Shown in pieces: positions 27,609 to 39,218 of a DNA stretch of 64,000 nt. The first letter of the stretch is position 1, and the number at the start of each line of letters is the position of its first letter. The position numbers and the translations under genes are program-made. The notes below the pieces were generated by a model. The model searched no databases. It saw nothing but the letters and a program-made list of their open reading frames with translations, and was not told the origin of the DNA. Source of the stretch: Octopus bimaculoides (Eukaryota); NCBI RefSeq assembly GCF_001194135.2, contig NC_068994.1, positions 38,324,290 to 38,388,289 on the forward strand, written 5' to 3'.

Positions 27609-27944
27609 CTAGAAATATATAGATTTATAGGTTATCTGATGCAATGTACTGTTAACAGAATGGAGAACATTACATTTTTCTAGCCATGAAAATAAAGAAG
27701 TTCCCTCTGCAACCACATGGTTTCAAATTCAGTCTCACTACTTCGTACCTTGGGCAAATTTGTTGAACAGATCAACTAAAATTTTACAAGCAGGTTTAGT
27801 GGACGGAAACTAAAAGAAGCTCGATCAGTCTGTGTTCATGAATGCACGTGCGCGTGTGTGCACGCGCATGTGCATTTATCTTCTATAGTCACTTCTATTG
27901 TCAATAAATTATTCCCCTGATCTGAGCCTTCAAAAACATGTGTT

Positions 27945-28160
27945 TTCTGCACATTTTCAGTGTTTATTGCCCATGAGCATTTTCCACATACAAAATCTAT
28001 CTTCCCATTTAGCTTTCCTTTGATATTGTTGCAACTCTTATGTATCAATAGCTTACACCAGGTACATATGGAGTTTCTACCTGTGCCTTTTCTACAGATC
28101 GAGCAGGGTCATCTACCTGAAGGGATATGTGATTTGTCTGCCTTCCTACTTATTATGCAG
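27945..28160 (-). mobile_element. RTE LINE fragment (Cys-rich insert region)
   Basis: IHKSCNNIKGKLNGKIDFVCGKCSWAINTENVQ matches 14690-14840 and 17050-17260. Confidence 0.75.
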
Positions 28161-28233
28161 AAATAATTTCTTTATGCAAAAGAATAGCCATTAAAGTATA
28201 ATCATAAAAATATAATTATAATCAAGGGTGATG

Positions 28234-28327
28234 GAGGGACAGCGTCTGTATGCTAGAAATAGGCATCAAACAACTACAAACAACTAGTGGTTTGACATCT
28301 ATTTCTAGCATAAAGGCGCTGTCCCTC
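28234..28327. repeat. Imperfect inverted repeat (~38-bp arms), probable MITE remnant
   Basis: GAGGGACAGCGTCTGTATGCTAGAAATAG is mirrored by CTATTTCTAGCATAAAGGCGCTGTCCCTC. Weaker symmetry extends to about 28207-28354. Confidence 0.7.
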
Positions 28328-28547
28328 TAGGGCCCCTGAGTTTTCATTATGTTTTTACAATTTTGCTTTAAATATTAATCTAACCCATATGGTTTTTTTT
28401 GTACACAAGCCACTGATGAATCATTAATTAATGCCTATATCCTAATTATGCATTAAATTATAAATATATATCAGATTTAGGAACATTCAGCTAATGTAGT
28501 ATCTATATATCTCTCTCTCAATATATATATATATATATATATATATA

Positions 28548-28720
28548 TCATCATCATCATCGTTTAACGTCCGCTTTCCATGCTAGCATGGGTTGGATGA
28601 TTTAACTGAGGACTGGTGAAACCAGATGGCTACACCAGGCTCCANNNNNNNNNNCTACACCAGGCTCCACTCTGATTTGGCAGAGTTTCTACAGCTGGAT
28701 GCCCTTCCTAACGCCAACCA
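28548..28720 (-). mobile_element. RTE-tail SINE/LINE 3' fragment
   Basis: (CAT)n followed by CGTTTAACGTCCGCTTTCCATGCTAGCATGGGTTGGATG on the plus strand. Confidence 0.8.
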
Positions 28721-29144
28721 CATACATACATACATACAAAATATATATAAATACACAAACACACAGATTTATTATACACACACACAAAGTTTTTCTTTTG
28801 GAAATTTATATTTTTACTTTTTGACTCACATGCACAAACATTGGTAGTAACCCTCCAAATGAAAGAGACATTTTAAAAGCAAAAAACAAGAGGATCTTCA
28901 AACTCGCTGTAGTAAAGTTTAGTTCTTTTTTAAAGGCTTCCATCAACAAAATTATATTACAAGTGTTAGTTTAGCTTGAAACTATAATTGTAATAGAAAC
29001 TAGCTGAAAATGTTACACACCAGGATCAAACTCAATATTTCAACATTGCTAATTAAACTTCTTATCTACTCAATCATGCCAGTGTCTTATTATAAACATT
29101 AGCAAACTCTAATAATTTGGAGAAAAACAATTATTCTAACTTAC

Positions 29145-29295
29145 CTGGCAGTACCTCATAATGTCCAGCACTACCGACACTCCAGCCATGACCACTGTCA
29201 GTGTGAGAGGACAACGTTGACATTTCACTGATTTCGTCGGTACTGTTTAGCTCTCTGTAACCAGGAGACATACTTTCTTCTCTTGGAATAAACAT
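29145..29295 (-). CDS. Pcdh: Pcdh gene E exon 3 (151 nt, phase 0 to 1): MFIPREESMSPGYRELNSTDEISEMSTLSSHTDSGHGWSVGSAGHYEVLP
   Basis: tttctag|ATG acceptor and CCAG|gtaagt donor; frame joins both neighbouring exons. Confidence 0.9.
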
Positions 29296-29597
29296 CTAGA
29301 AACATAAAATAGATACATTGTATGCCATTATATTTCATCATGGTATTATTGCCATTTATAATCTCTCATTTTGCTTTTAAGCTGAAATATTCTAGAAATC
29401 CTCATGTGAGTCAGTAAAGAAAATTAAAGAGTAATTTAGAATCTACATTTTTAAGAAAAGAATTAAGCAAATGGAAAAATAATTTTTCTTTTATATTCTG
29501 CAACACAGCTTCAAAGGTTCTTGGTTAATTACAGCCAGCTTTATTGTTAACACTGGAATGTTGAAAGGAGAAATATTTTAAAAGAAAATTATCTTAC

Positions 29598-32078
29598 CTG
29601 TTGATGATGTCTTAATGTTGGGTTATCCCATCTTTCACCTGGCATGGTTCTGTAGTGAATATCTTCTCTATCTACCATTGGTTGTTGAGATTTCTTCAGG
29701 TTTTTCTCTATTGTGTACTGAACTCCAGGAGGAACACAAGTAGGATCAAATGTGTATTTTGATTGGATGTTTAATGTAGGCGTAACTTTATGGTACATAT
29801 CAACACTATTATAGTTGCTATCTGTCTGCTTCAGTCTATGAACTATACAGATTGTTATAGAGATCACTATAACAATTGATACTATCACAGCTNNNNNNNN
29901 NNNNNNNNNNNNNNNNNNNNNNNNNNNNNNNNNNNNNNNNNNNNNNNNNNNNNNNNNNNNNNNNNNNNNNNNNNNNNNNNNNNNNNNNNNNNNNNNNNNN
30001 NNNNNNNNNNNNNNNNNNNNNNNNNNNNNNNNNNNNNNNNNNNNNNNNNNNNNNNNNNNNNNNNNNNNNNNNNNNNNNNNNNNNNNNNNNNNNNNNNNNN
30101 NNNNNNNNNNNNNNNNNNNNNNNNNNNNNNNNNNNNNNNNNNNNNNNNNNNNNNNNNNNNNNNNNNNNNNNNNNNNNNNNNNNNNNNNNNNNNNNNNNNN
30201 NNNNNNNNNNNNNNNNNNNNNNNNNNNNNNNNTTTGAAATAAGTGTTTCTCATTACCTCTGAGTATTTCATATGTGAGGAAGGCATTGTGTTGACTGTCT
30301 CTGTCAGAGGCCCTAACAACTATGATATCATGGTCAGAGTGGGGATGGTAGTGGACATTAAGACTGAAAGGGTTAACATTAGGGAAACTGAAATAGGGAG
30401 CATTATCATTTAAATCCATAACCTCAACAACAACATTTGCTGTGTTCTCCAGTGATGGTGTTCCTTTATCTTTTACTAAAACCTTAAACTCATACATGTT
30501 CTTTTCTTCTCTGTCTAGTGACTCAGTTGTGGAAATAAATCCCACATCAGATATCTGAAATGGTAGAATATCTTTTCCATTCGTCAACAGAGAATAGGTT
30601 AATTGTCCTCCATCTCCAATATCTGGGTCTGTAGCATTGACTTGTCCAACCGGGAAGGCTTTGTGTTCATTTTCATAGGTGAGAAACTTAAATATGTCCT
30701 GACTAAACTGAGGTTGTACATCATTTATGTCAGTGACCTCTATAGAAAACTGTCTCTCTACTTTTAATGGAGGTAAACCATTATCTTGACATTTAATGGT
30801 GAAATTAAATCTCTTCTCACTCTCTCTATCTATTTCACTCTTTACAACAATTCTGTATTTCTTTTCAGACATTGAGATTAACTGAAGGTATTTATTTTGT
30901 AAATGACATTTCACTTGTCCATTTACGCCATTGTCATTGTCAGTAACTTTAACATATGAGACAAAGCTGTGACGTTTTGCTGCTTCTGAAATTACAGCTG
31001 TGTTTCCAGTTGACTCTATAACAAATTTGACTTTGATTTTGGGAGGATTGTTAAGGTGACTGATTCCAGTTACAAGAACAGTAGCAGCTGAAGACCTAGG
31101 AGTGTTATCATTATCTCTGGCTTCAACAATTATTTTGTAGGATTTTCCAAACTGAAATTCTTTTGTAATAAAGACGTCTCCAGTTACTTCATCTAATTTA
31201 AAACATTGTTTAAAATTACTTGGTGTTTTAGCATTAAACACATAAGAAATTCTTCCATTTTCCCCTGCATCTAAGTCGGTAGCAAACAACCTTACAATAG
31301 GTTTGTTTATTTCCTGTGTATCGTTTATAGTGACATTGTAGATATTCTCTGAGAATATAGGAGAGTTATCATTTTCATCCACCACCAATATTTTTAAATT
31401 CAATGATCCTTCCTTTGGTGGAGATCCACCATCTGTGGCAATTAACTGAAGATAATAAATATCCTTTGTCTCTCGGTCCAAGTTTTCTTCTAAAATCAGT
31501 TGCAGAAAATCATTGCCATCTGTTTTATTAGAAACCAACAATTTGAAAGGAATATTTTCTTCTTTGAGTCGATAAAATAGTTTAGAATTTTGAATACTGA
31601 TATCATTATCAATTGCATTTGGAATTATCTTTCTTCCTAAGGATACATTTTCGTCAAATTGCATATTAACATCCTTGCGAATAAACATCGGATAATTATC
31701 ATTGACATCTTCTATTATAACTTTGATTTCTAATATCCTGATAACAGAATGGCCATGTTGAATAGCTATTTCTAATATCCTGAAACATTCCACATTATAA
31801 TGACATAGAGTTTCTGCATCCAATATGGCAGCTGTATATATTTGTCCTCCGGGTGTAACATTAAACAACTGAACACTTCCATCTGTATTACCCTGGAGTA
31901 TTTTAAATTTCAGTATGTCGCTGTTATCTTGAGACTGCATATTATCCAGTAAATGTGTATCACTGACAATATCTCCAATATAACTGTGTATATCATTGTT
32001 CTCTTTCACATGGTAGATATGATCTACACACTGGCAGCTGCCAGCCATCAACAACATCAACAATACCACGGACAACAT
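29598..32078 (-). CDS. Pcdh: Pcdh gene E large exon (EC1-EC6, TM; N-gap 29893-30232)
   Basis: Cadherin repeats throughout. ATG at 32078 by homology, with an in-frame upstream ATG at 32141. Acceptor ttttcag|GA at 32183; donor CAG|gtaaga at 29598. Confidence 0.93.
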
Positions 32079-32279
32079 GGTTATAGTCTTCAATTCTAGT
32101 TTCAACAGGAATATATATGGACAATGATGTAAAGAAAACATCTATCAATTATTTCTTGCTTGGTGAAATTGCTTTGCTTTATCCTGAAAAACATATATAT
32201 TTTATATCGGTAAGCGAGAGGAAATTATGAAAACTTACATCAGTGGTATAAAATATATCAGTTATACAATCATTTAGGC

Positions 32280-32528
32280 CAGGGGTTTTCAAACTTTTTG
32301 ACTTGCGGACCCCTTTATATTTCAGGCTTTACCTTAAGGACCCCCTTATAAACGCTTATGAAATTGATACATAAATATTTGCTTAAAATAACATTTTTAC
32401 ATTTATTTATTTAACAGTATTTAACAAATAGGTTTATTGTCAATTAAAAGATTTCAATTAAAAAACATATATAAAATCAAATTGCCCATAAAAAGTATTT
32501 GCTGCGGACCACAGTTTGAAAACCCCTG
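32280..32528. mobile_element. hAT (Charlie-like) MITE, 249 bp
   Basis: Perfect 16-bp TIRs CAGGGGTTTTCAAACT / AGTTTGAAAACCCCTG and a perfect 8-bp TSD ATTTAGGC (32272-32279, 32529-32536). Confidence 0.92.
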
Positions 32529-33343
32529 ATTTAGGCCAATATGTCTGTCTTTTCCCCTGTCTCCTACTCTTTGAAGCTATCTTCATAACCTTTGATTTCA
32601 CCTTGTTATTTGATAAAAGTGTTACAAGCAGACATTTTCCTCAAGGACAACAAAGTTCAATTCTGGGGCAAAAAAATATGACAGTGCTCATCAGATTTTG
32701 CCATAATTTCTTTTGTGTTTCATCATCCCTGAAATCATGAGCATCAGTATTTATAAAACACTACCTGGTTTAACACCCTTATCTGGCATGTCATTACTTT
32801 AAAAGGGGTTCCATCTACTAATGATACTAATTCTTCTAAACCATCTTATTCCTTGAAGAAATCAGTTTTAGATGTCCAGGTTGGGCGCTAGTTTCATTAA
32901 TATCATTAATCTGAGTGTGACAAAGGCCTATGAGAGGCAGGTTCAAGCAGCACATTCATCTGAATCCCAGAGACCCAAGGGGGAAAAAAAAAAAAAACAG
33001 TGACCATCTATTTGGAGCCCCACCCTAATAACCTTTGGTTGAACAATTCGATTCTGATACTTTTTTTATTTAAAGCTCAGGAGTTATTTTATCCAACTCT
33101 TATGCCAAGCAGCAAAGTTACAGGGATGTAAACAAACTGTAGTGAGAAACAAATACACACATATGCATTATATATATATGTGTGTGTGTGTATATATAAT
33201 CCAAGAGAGTTAGTGGTTGACGATTCAACCCACTAAGGGATAGTATCTATCCAATATACTGCTGGGAAGGTACCCAATTATTGTTATACCAAATGCAATA
33301 AGTGGGTGCGGGTAAAAAGGGGTTATTTTACCCTAAATTTATA

Positions 33344-33400
33344 TAGCAATGAGAAAATGGAGGAGAATATACTGCATATTCTCTTCCATTTTCTCATTGC

Positions 33401-33402
<2 letters not shown>
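33344..33402. repeat. 59-nt hairpin (27-bp arms, one mismatch, 5-nt loop)
   Basis: TAGCAATGAGAAAATGGAGGAGAATAT actgc ATATTCTCTTCCATTTTCTCATTGCTA. Confidence 0.85.
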
Positions 33403-33434
<32 letters not shown>

Positions 33435-33454
33435 CGCACACACATGCACATACA

Positions 33455-33597
33455 TGGCGATTTTCTTTCAGTCTTTGTCAACCAAATCCACTCACAAGGC
33501 TTTGGTCACCCCAGTGCTATAGTAGAAGACACTTGCCTATAGTGCCACATAGTGGTACTAAACCAGGAACCATGTGGTTAGGAAGCAAACCTCTTAC
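33455..33597 (-). mobile_element. 5' part of the OR/OK-like SINE
   Basis: Reverse complement of 603-780. Similar partial copies at about 23255-23435, 23990-24065 and 36885-37027. Confidence 0.7.
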
Positions 33598-34239
33598 CCG
33601 TTGAACATTTTTGAATTTTGAAAAGACACAATCACCACCCATCCCGAGGTCATGAAGTGGTTTTGTTTGCTGCAACAGGCCAAGTTTCTCTTAGTAGCTT
33701 TGAGGAGGAACGGCAAAGGATATGATCATTATTCCAACTATCCCAGCAAGTAGCATAAAACAAAACAAAAAGAAAACATTACTTCACGTAATCTGAGTTA
33801 TTGCCCTTGGATACTGACCTACAAGAAATAATACTATCAAAAAAAAAAAAAGTATGAAAATATTTTCTTCTCACATTCTAATTACTAATTAATAAATTAT
33901 ACCTAACGTTAATTTCTAATTAAACATTAATTATTCTATTCATAGATCAACTTTCCATAATTCTGAAATTGTTTGTAACAGTGAAAAATAATTTATTGAA
34001 ATTATATCAGTTTCTACACTTGAAAAGCTTTGATGAATATTATCTTCATTCCAGATTAGATTTCTGGAAATCATGATGAGACAGTAATATCTGTGAAAAA
34101 TTGAAGCAATAGTATGTAAATTGTATCACATCCTCTATCTAACAGAATGGAGAACTTGTGAATAAATAAACCCTATTTTTTTTAAATATATAAATATTTA
34201 CACATCAAATTATCAAAATAACTTTTAGTAAGTACTTAC

Positions 34240-34469
34240 CAACAGTCATTTGTTGTTTATATAGTTGTTACTGTACTGTTTCAGTGTTATGATAACAAAG
34301 TTGTAGTAGTAGCAGAAGTTTAGCATGTGTTAGTGTTATACAGTTCTATCAAGTTGGTTGTGTAGTATGTAATGTGTGTTGTAGCCAATGACAAGCTGTC
34401 TATTATTCCTATGCAAGGAAACGGAAGTACAGCCTCCAGTTTTTTTGCAGTTAATGATGGGCTGACTCA
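34240..34469 (-). promoter_or_regulatory. Gene E promoter block and non-coding exon 1
   Basis: TGACTCA 34463-34469, CGGAAGT 34422-34428, CCAAT 34385-34389 and donor CTGTTG|gtaagt at 34240. Confidence 0.78.
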
Positions 34470-35326
34470 CATACAATATCACTTAGGCCCACATACACGT
34501 GTGTGTGTGTGTGTGTGTTAGTAGAGTGTACATAAATGAACAAGGAAGAAATATCTAAAATGGAAAGGGTAGGCAATAAATTCAGTATGGAAAATGTTAT
34601 TTCTAAGTAATGATTATATAGTTTATAAACAATATAAAAAAATTCATATTAGCAAGTTTACTTATGATACTAAATTGGCATAATCTGCAAAAAAAAAAAA
34701 AAAAAATCTATAAAATGAATGTAAAATTATTCACTATGAACTGTTTACATTAATAATAATATGCCAGGTTATCTAAAGAAACTTTTTAGAAAATACGAAA
34801 CTGTGGCTGTCAATAAACAAATGTCTCTTGAGTAAAGATTTGTATGATTGAAAACTGACTTAGTAAAATAAACTCAAAGAGTAATATTTAGGAATCATCT
34901 AAATACAAAGCTGTCATTTTAAATCAAAAGTGTACATTTAATTTTGAATGCAGTGACAGTTTCAAAATAATCATTAATATTTAAAAATTTTAGCAAGAAA
35001 TAAGTACATAGAAACAACTAAGAAAGTAAACTGCAAAAAACTATTTCTTTGCCAGGAAACTATAACATGGATCTTTAATTTTAGTATTTTCATTGATATC
35101 TTAAAATCTGGTAAAATGTTTGGGAGAAACCTGTTTTGACTAAATGTTAGATGAAATATCAATAAGTTTCTAAAAATTACTATTTATGATGCACAATGAA
35201 TACAAGTTCCATTGTGGAAGGAAATACTCCCATAATATAAATATTTTCCACTAATTTATCCCATTCAGTGAATTCATTGCCTGTATTGTGTAAATGGTAG
35301 CTTGGAATATTCTTGAAATTGTATAA

Positions 35327-35646
35327 TTAGTTGTTTCTTGAAGGTAAAGGTGGAATTACCTCAGGTATTGAAAGTATGTTTGGTAGTGTTGTTACTTTAG
35401 GTACAGTTCGAAGAGATGATTTACAATCTGAAGTAAACTGACTAGTTACTGGTATTTCATATAGTGGTTCAGTTTGGTTAGATGTAGTACCAATTATAGT
35501 CAAAGGTATTTGCTCAGGAAAACTGGAAGTGTTAATACCAATGTCTGGTTGATAAGGATAGCCATTGTTATTACCTCCACTTGATTTCTTACGAGTGTAT
35601 GGCAGTAGATTTCTCTGTGTATGATCACTTTGATAACCGTATTTGT
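35327..35646 (-). CDS. Pcdh: Pcdh gene D terminal exon (phase 1): DKYGYQSDHTQRN...KSSLRTVPKVTTLPNILSIPEVIPPLPSRNN*
   Basis: gcattttcag|AC acceptor. 320 nt = 2 nt + 106 codons. Diverged but alignable to the other terminal exons. Confidence 0.8.
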
Positions 35647-38600
35647 CTGAAAATGCATAGATATATGAAAAGGTACTTTGAAACAAACAAACTTTGTTTT
35701 TTTATGAATAAAACTATCCAATACTTATGTATTATTTATGTGTACTTGTGTATTTCTCACCAGTATATTGACAAAGTAACTGTTGAAGTAGTATTGAATT
35801 GCATCCATATTTACGTCATACTTAGATTTTATTTTTCCGTTATGGTTAAGTTTGAGGAAAAATTTTGGTCGGACAATTTGCATGTAGTGGACTCTAATGT
35901 GATCAAAGAAACTTCCAAATAACCTACATACTCTTATGAAAAGAATCACCTCATCCTTCCCTTTGTGCACAACATCTTGTACATTGAGGGTTTGCTCTGG
36001 TTACCCATCACTACTTTTTTATCTCCTCCTCAACTACTTCCACCCACCCCTATATACAATGTGGGGTGGGTTGGAGTAGAGGAGAAAGAGATAAAAAGAT
36101 GTAATGTGGCATACCAGAGCAAACCTCCAAGGTACAAGAAGTTGTACACAATATGAGGCAGCCATGTATCTCCTCTACAGCAAGGTACCTGTGCTTATCA
36201 CTATCATACGTTAGCCTTTCAACATCTAGTGTAAAGCCACTTTTCCCTCTCAAAAACTAGCCCACCCTCACTTAAAAGTTCAGCTTTTTTTTGTATTCCA
36301 TTTTTCCTTGTTCTTTTTCTGTTCTGCAAGATATTTGGCACCCTCACTAGTACCAGTTGCATGAGAAAAAGCAACCAGAATGCACTGTATTGTGGTTGGT
36401 ATTAGCAATGGCATATAGCCTTAGAAATCAACCCAAAGTATACTCTATAACTCAGCACAGCCTCACAGCTTACTGGATCTTGTCAATTTATCCAATTCAT
36501 GCCATCACTGATGACAGACATGAAATGATGATGATAATGTTCATGGCATAGTTTTAGAAAAGCACAATAAGTATTAATTTCTATGATCACATCAAATGTC
36601 CACTTTTCCATGCTTGCATAGTTCAAACAGAATTTGTTAATGCAGGTATTCTATAATTGGATGCCCTTCCTTTTGCTAACCTTCACTTGTTTCTAAGCAA
36701 TGTGATATTTTCCCACGACTGGACAAGTTTTCATGGAAAATTGGAAATGTATGACAACACGTGTATAACAGTGACTCGTTAACATCTACTATGAGATGTC
36801 TGGACAAGGAGACACAAACAGACACACACACAAATATACATAAATACATGCATGCGTGTGCATGCAGGCAGACATATATGCATGATGAACTTCTTTCAGT
36901 TTCCATCAACTATAATCCACTCACAAAGCTTTGGTCAGCTAAAACATTTAGTCAAAGACACTTGCTCAATGAGACTAAGTGGCATTCTGGTTGGGAAGTA
37001 AGCCTGTTAACCACACAGCCATGCTTATGCCTTGTGCTTACAATGGTTATATTAGTCCACAATGATGAGAAGTAAATGAGTGAAAACCTCGGATGCCTCT
37101 TATAACTGAATATCACAGTTTACCAACATCATCCAACTAACAAACTCTGAAAAGGTGTTTGACAGTGAATTTTATGCTAGTTGGAACCTCAAATAATCCC
37201 AACCAACATAAGCATGCAAAATACATGCAACAGTATTAGCTTAATGATATCACAAGCTAGATAAATACAAAACATTTAGTGGACAGGTGTTGCACAGATA
37301 CATAAATAGAATAGTAATGGAATAATATTATATAAATTACTCCGGTTATGAATTATAAATCTTATATTTCTGACTTCTGAATTCCCTTTCAACTCTCAGC
37401 TCATATATTCTGGTTTTGAAGGACCCTTTAAGCTTTTGTGTGGATTACTAGGGTTTAATAGTATTGGAGACTGAATTGCAGCAATAATAACTGAAGATGA
37501 TGATTTATTTGAAATATTACTACAAGGTAATGATCACATGGTCAATCAATCATCTACAAAATGGAACAGCTAGTGATAGTGACCTATTGATAACATTATC
37601 AGGATTAGCAGATGAGTTTGGTGAAAGATGTTTAGCAGTTATTCACTTGATGTTTACAGATAGTTTCCATGTTTAGATTTAATGCAGTTTCTGGACGTAT
37701 GAATCAGCGACCAAATATTTGTGAGAAATCTCATTACATTGTTTTTGAAAATTAACTATTTGGTTAAACATTTGAAGAAAGTTTACAGCTATTTTTGCCA
37801 AATAATTTTTCCACAGAAAATCATGTATCAGAGCATTATAGCATTTGAAAATAACCCTAAGCAAATATTAATCAAACTTTCCATTTGATTGACTGTAGCC
37901 TTTTAAAACTGATTTTTTAAAAAATGATGGTTTGCATAGTTTTCTGCTGCACTATTGAATTTTGAAATGAAGGAAGGAATTTCAACTTCCTTGTAGACAA
38001 GACAGTGTAACAAGTTAAATCTGGCTCATAGTCTGATACCATTGTCACTGGAATATCACACCAACAGACAGTGGAAAATGAACATTTCCTCAGGTTCCTA
38101 CTGTAATGTAATGTTACATAAACAGACTTCAAAGTAGTGCCGAGTCAAATGTATTCAACAAATATCCAGTATTTTGTGTGCATACTCAATCCATATGTAA
38201 CTTATCCTGGAGCTGTGACTGAGTCAATAAAAGGGCTACCATTAAAGCTGATTCTAGTGCACACACTCCACAAGATCTGATAAATTCTTTAACATTTCTA
38301 CCAAGATTAGTTTACCAAGCACAAGCCCTTCTTACTTCAGTGTTTATTGCACAACTATGTGTGTCATGAACTGAAGAAAGAAGTATTGCATGGTAACATT
38401 CAGAAATAAATAGAATGGCTTTACGTGGAATAAAATTATTCTCTACAAAGTATTCAGATGAATGACTTAAACATTGTCATTGTAAGACATAATTTCAACC
38501 AAACTTTTCCAGCAGTGTGATTTTTAAGCAAACATAAAGAGTAATCTTTAAATCTTTAAAATGATTTTTGATGTCTTAGTCTGAACTTTAGCATAAATGA

Positions 38601-38654
38601 ATTCAATGTCACTTTCTGACAATGAAAAGCATTTGTAAAATATCTCAAACTTAC

Positions 38655-38802
38655 CAGGCATTTCCTCAAATTGTCCAACACTACTGACGCTCCAGCCATG
38701 GCCATTATCATTGCAAGCTGATAATGGTGACATATCACTGAATTGGTGGGTGCTGTTTAGTCCACTGTAACTTGGAGACATATTTTCTCTTGGAACAAAC
38801 AT
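38655..38802 (-). CDS. Pcdh: Pcdh gene D exon 3 (148 nt, phase 0 to 1): MFVPRENMSPSYSGLNSTHQFSDMSPLSACNDNGHGWSVSSVGQFEEMP
   Basis: gtgttttcag|ATG acceptor and CCTG|gtaagt donor; one codon shorter than the 151-nt form. Confidence 0.88.
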
Positions 38803-39218
38803 CTGAAAACACAAATCCATAATTAGGATATAGTAAAAAGGGTTGAAATATATGCGATATGTTATATATAACTAAAATAATTAATAATGGTTTTTGAATT
38901 ATGTACACAGCTAGCAATTTTGTTGGGTCGGGGTGAAACTTGTTCATAATAACTATTTTTTATTTAACCAACCTCAGAGAGATAAAAGGCAAAGTTGGTC
39001 TTGCCAGGAGAAATACAACAAAGCATTTTCTCTAACTAGCCTCTGACACTAAACCCACCAACCTGATGAACACATAATTATAATCGATTAAAAATATTAA
39101 TACAAAATGCACATTGTAGATAGAGCAGTTGAATTCTCATAGTAACATGCAATCAAATGAAAACATGAGAAAAATCTTTATCTACATTTCAGAGAAAAAG
39201 ATACTGAAAGCACCTCAC

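Noticed and set aside
37380-37700. Ser/Asn/Pro-rich minus-strand stretch in gene D intron 3 as an alternative terminal exon
   Set aside because: In-frame stops, no good acceptor in the required phase, and no similarity to the other tails.
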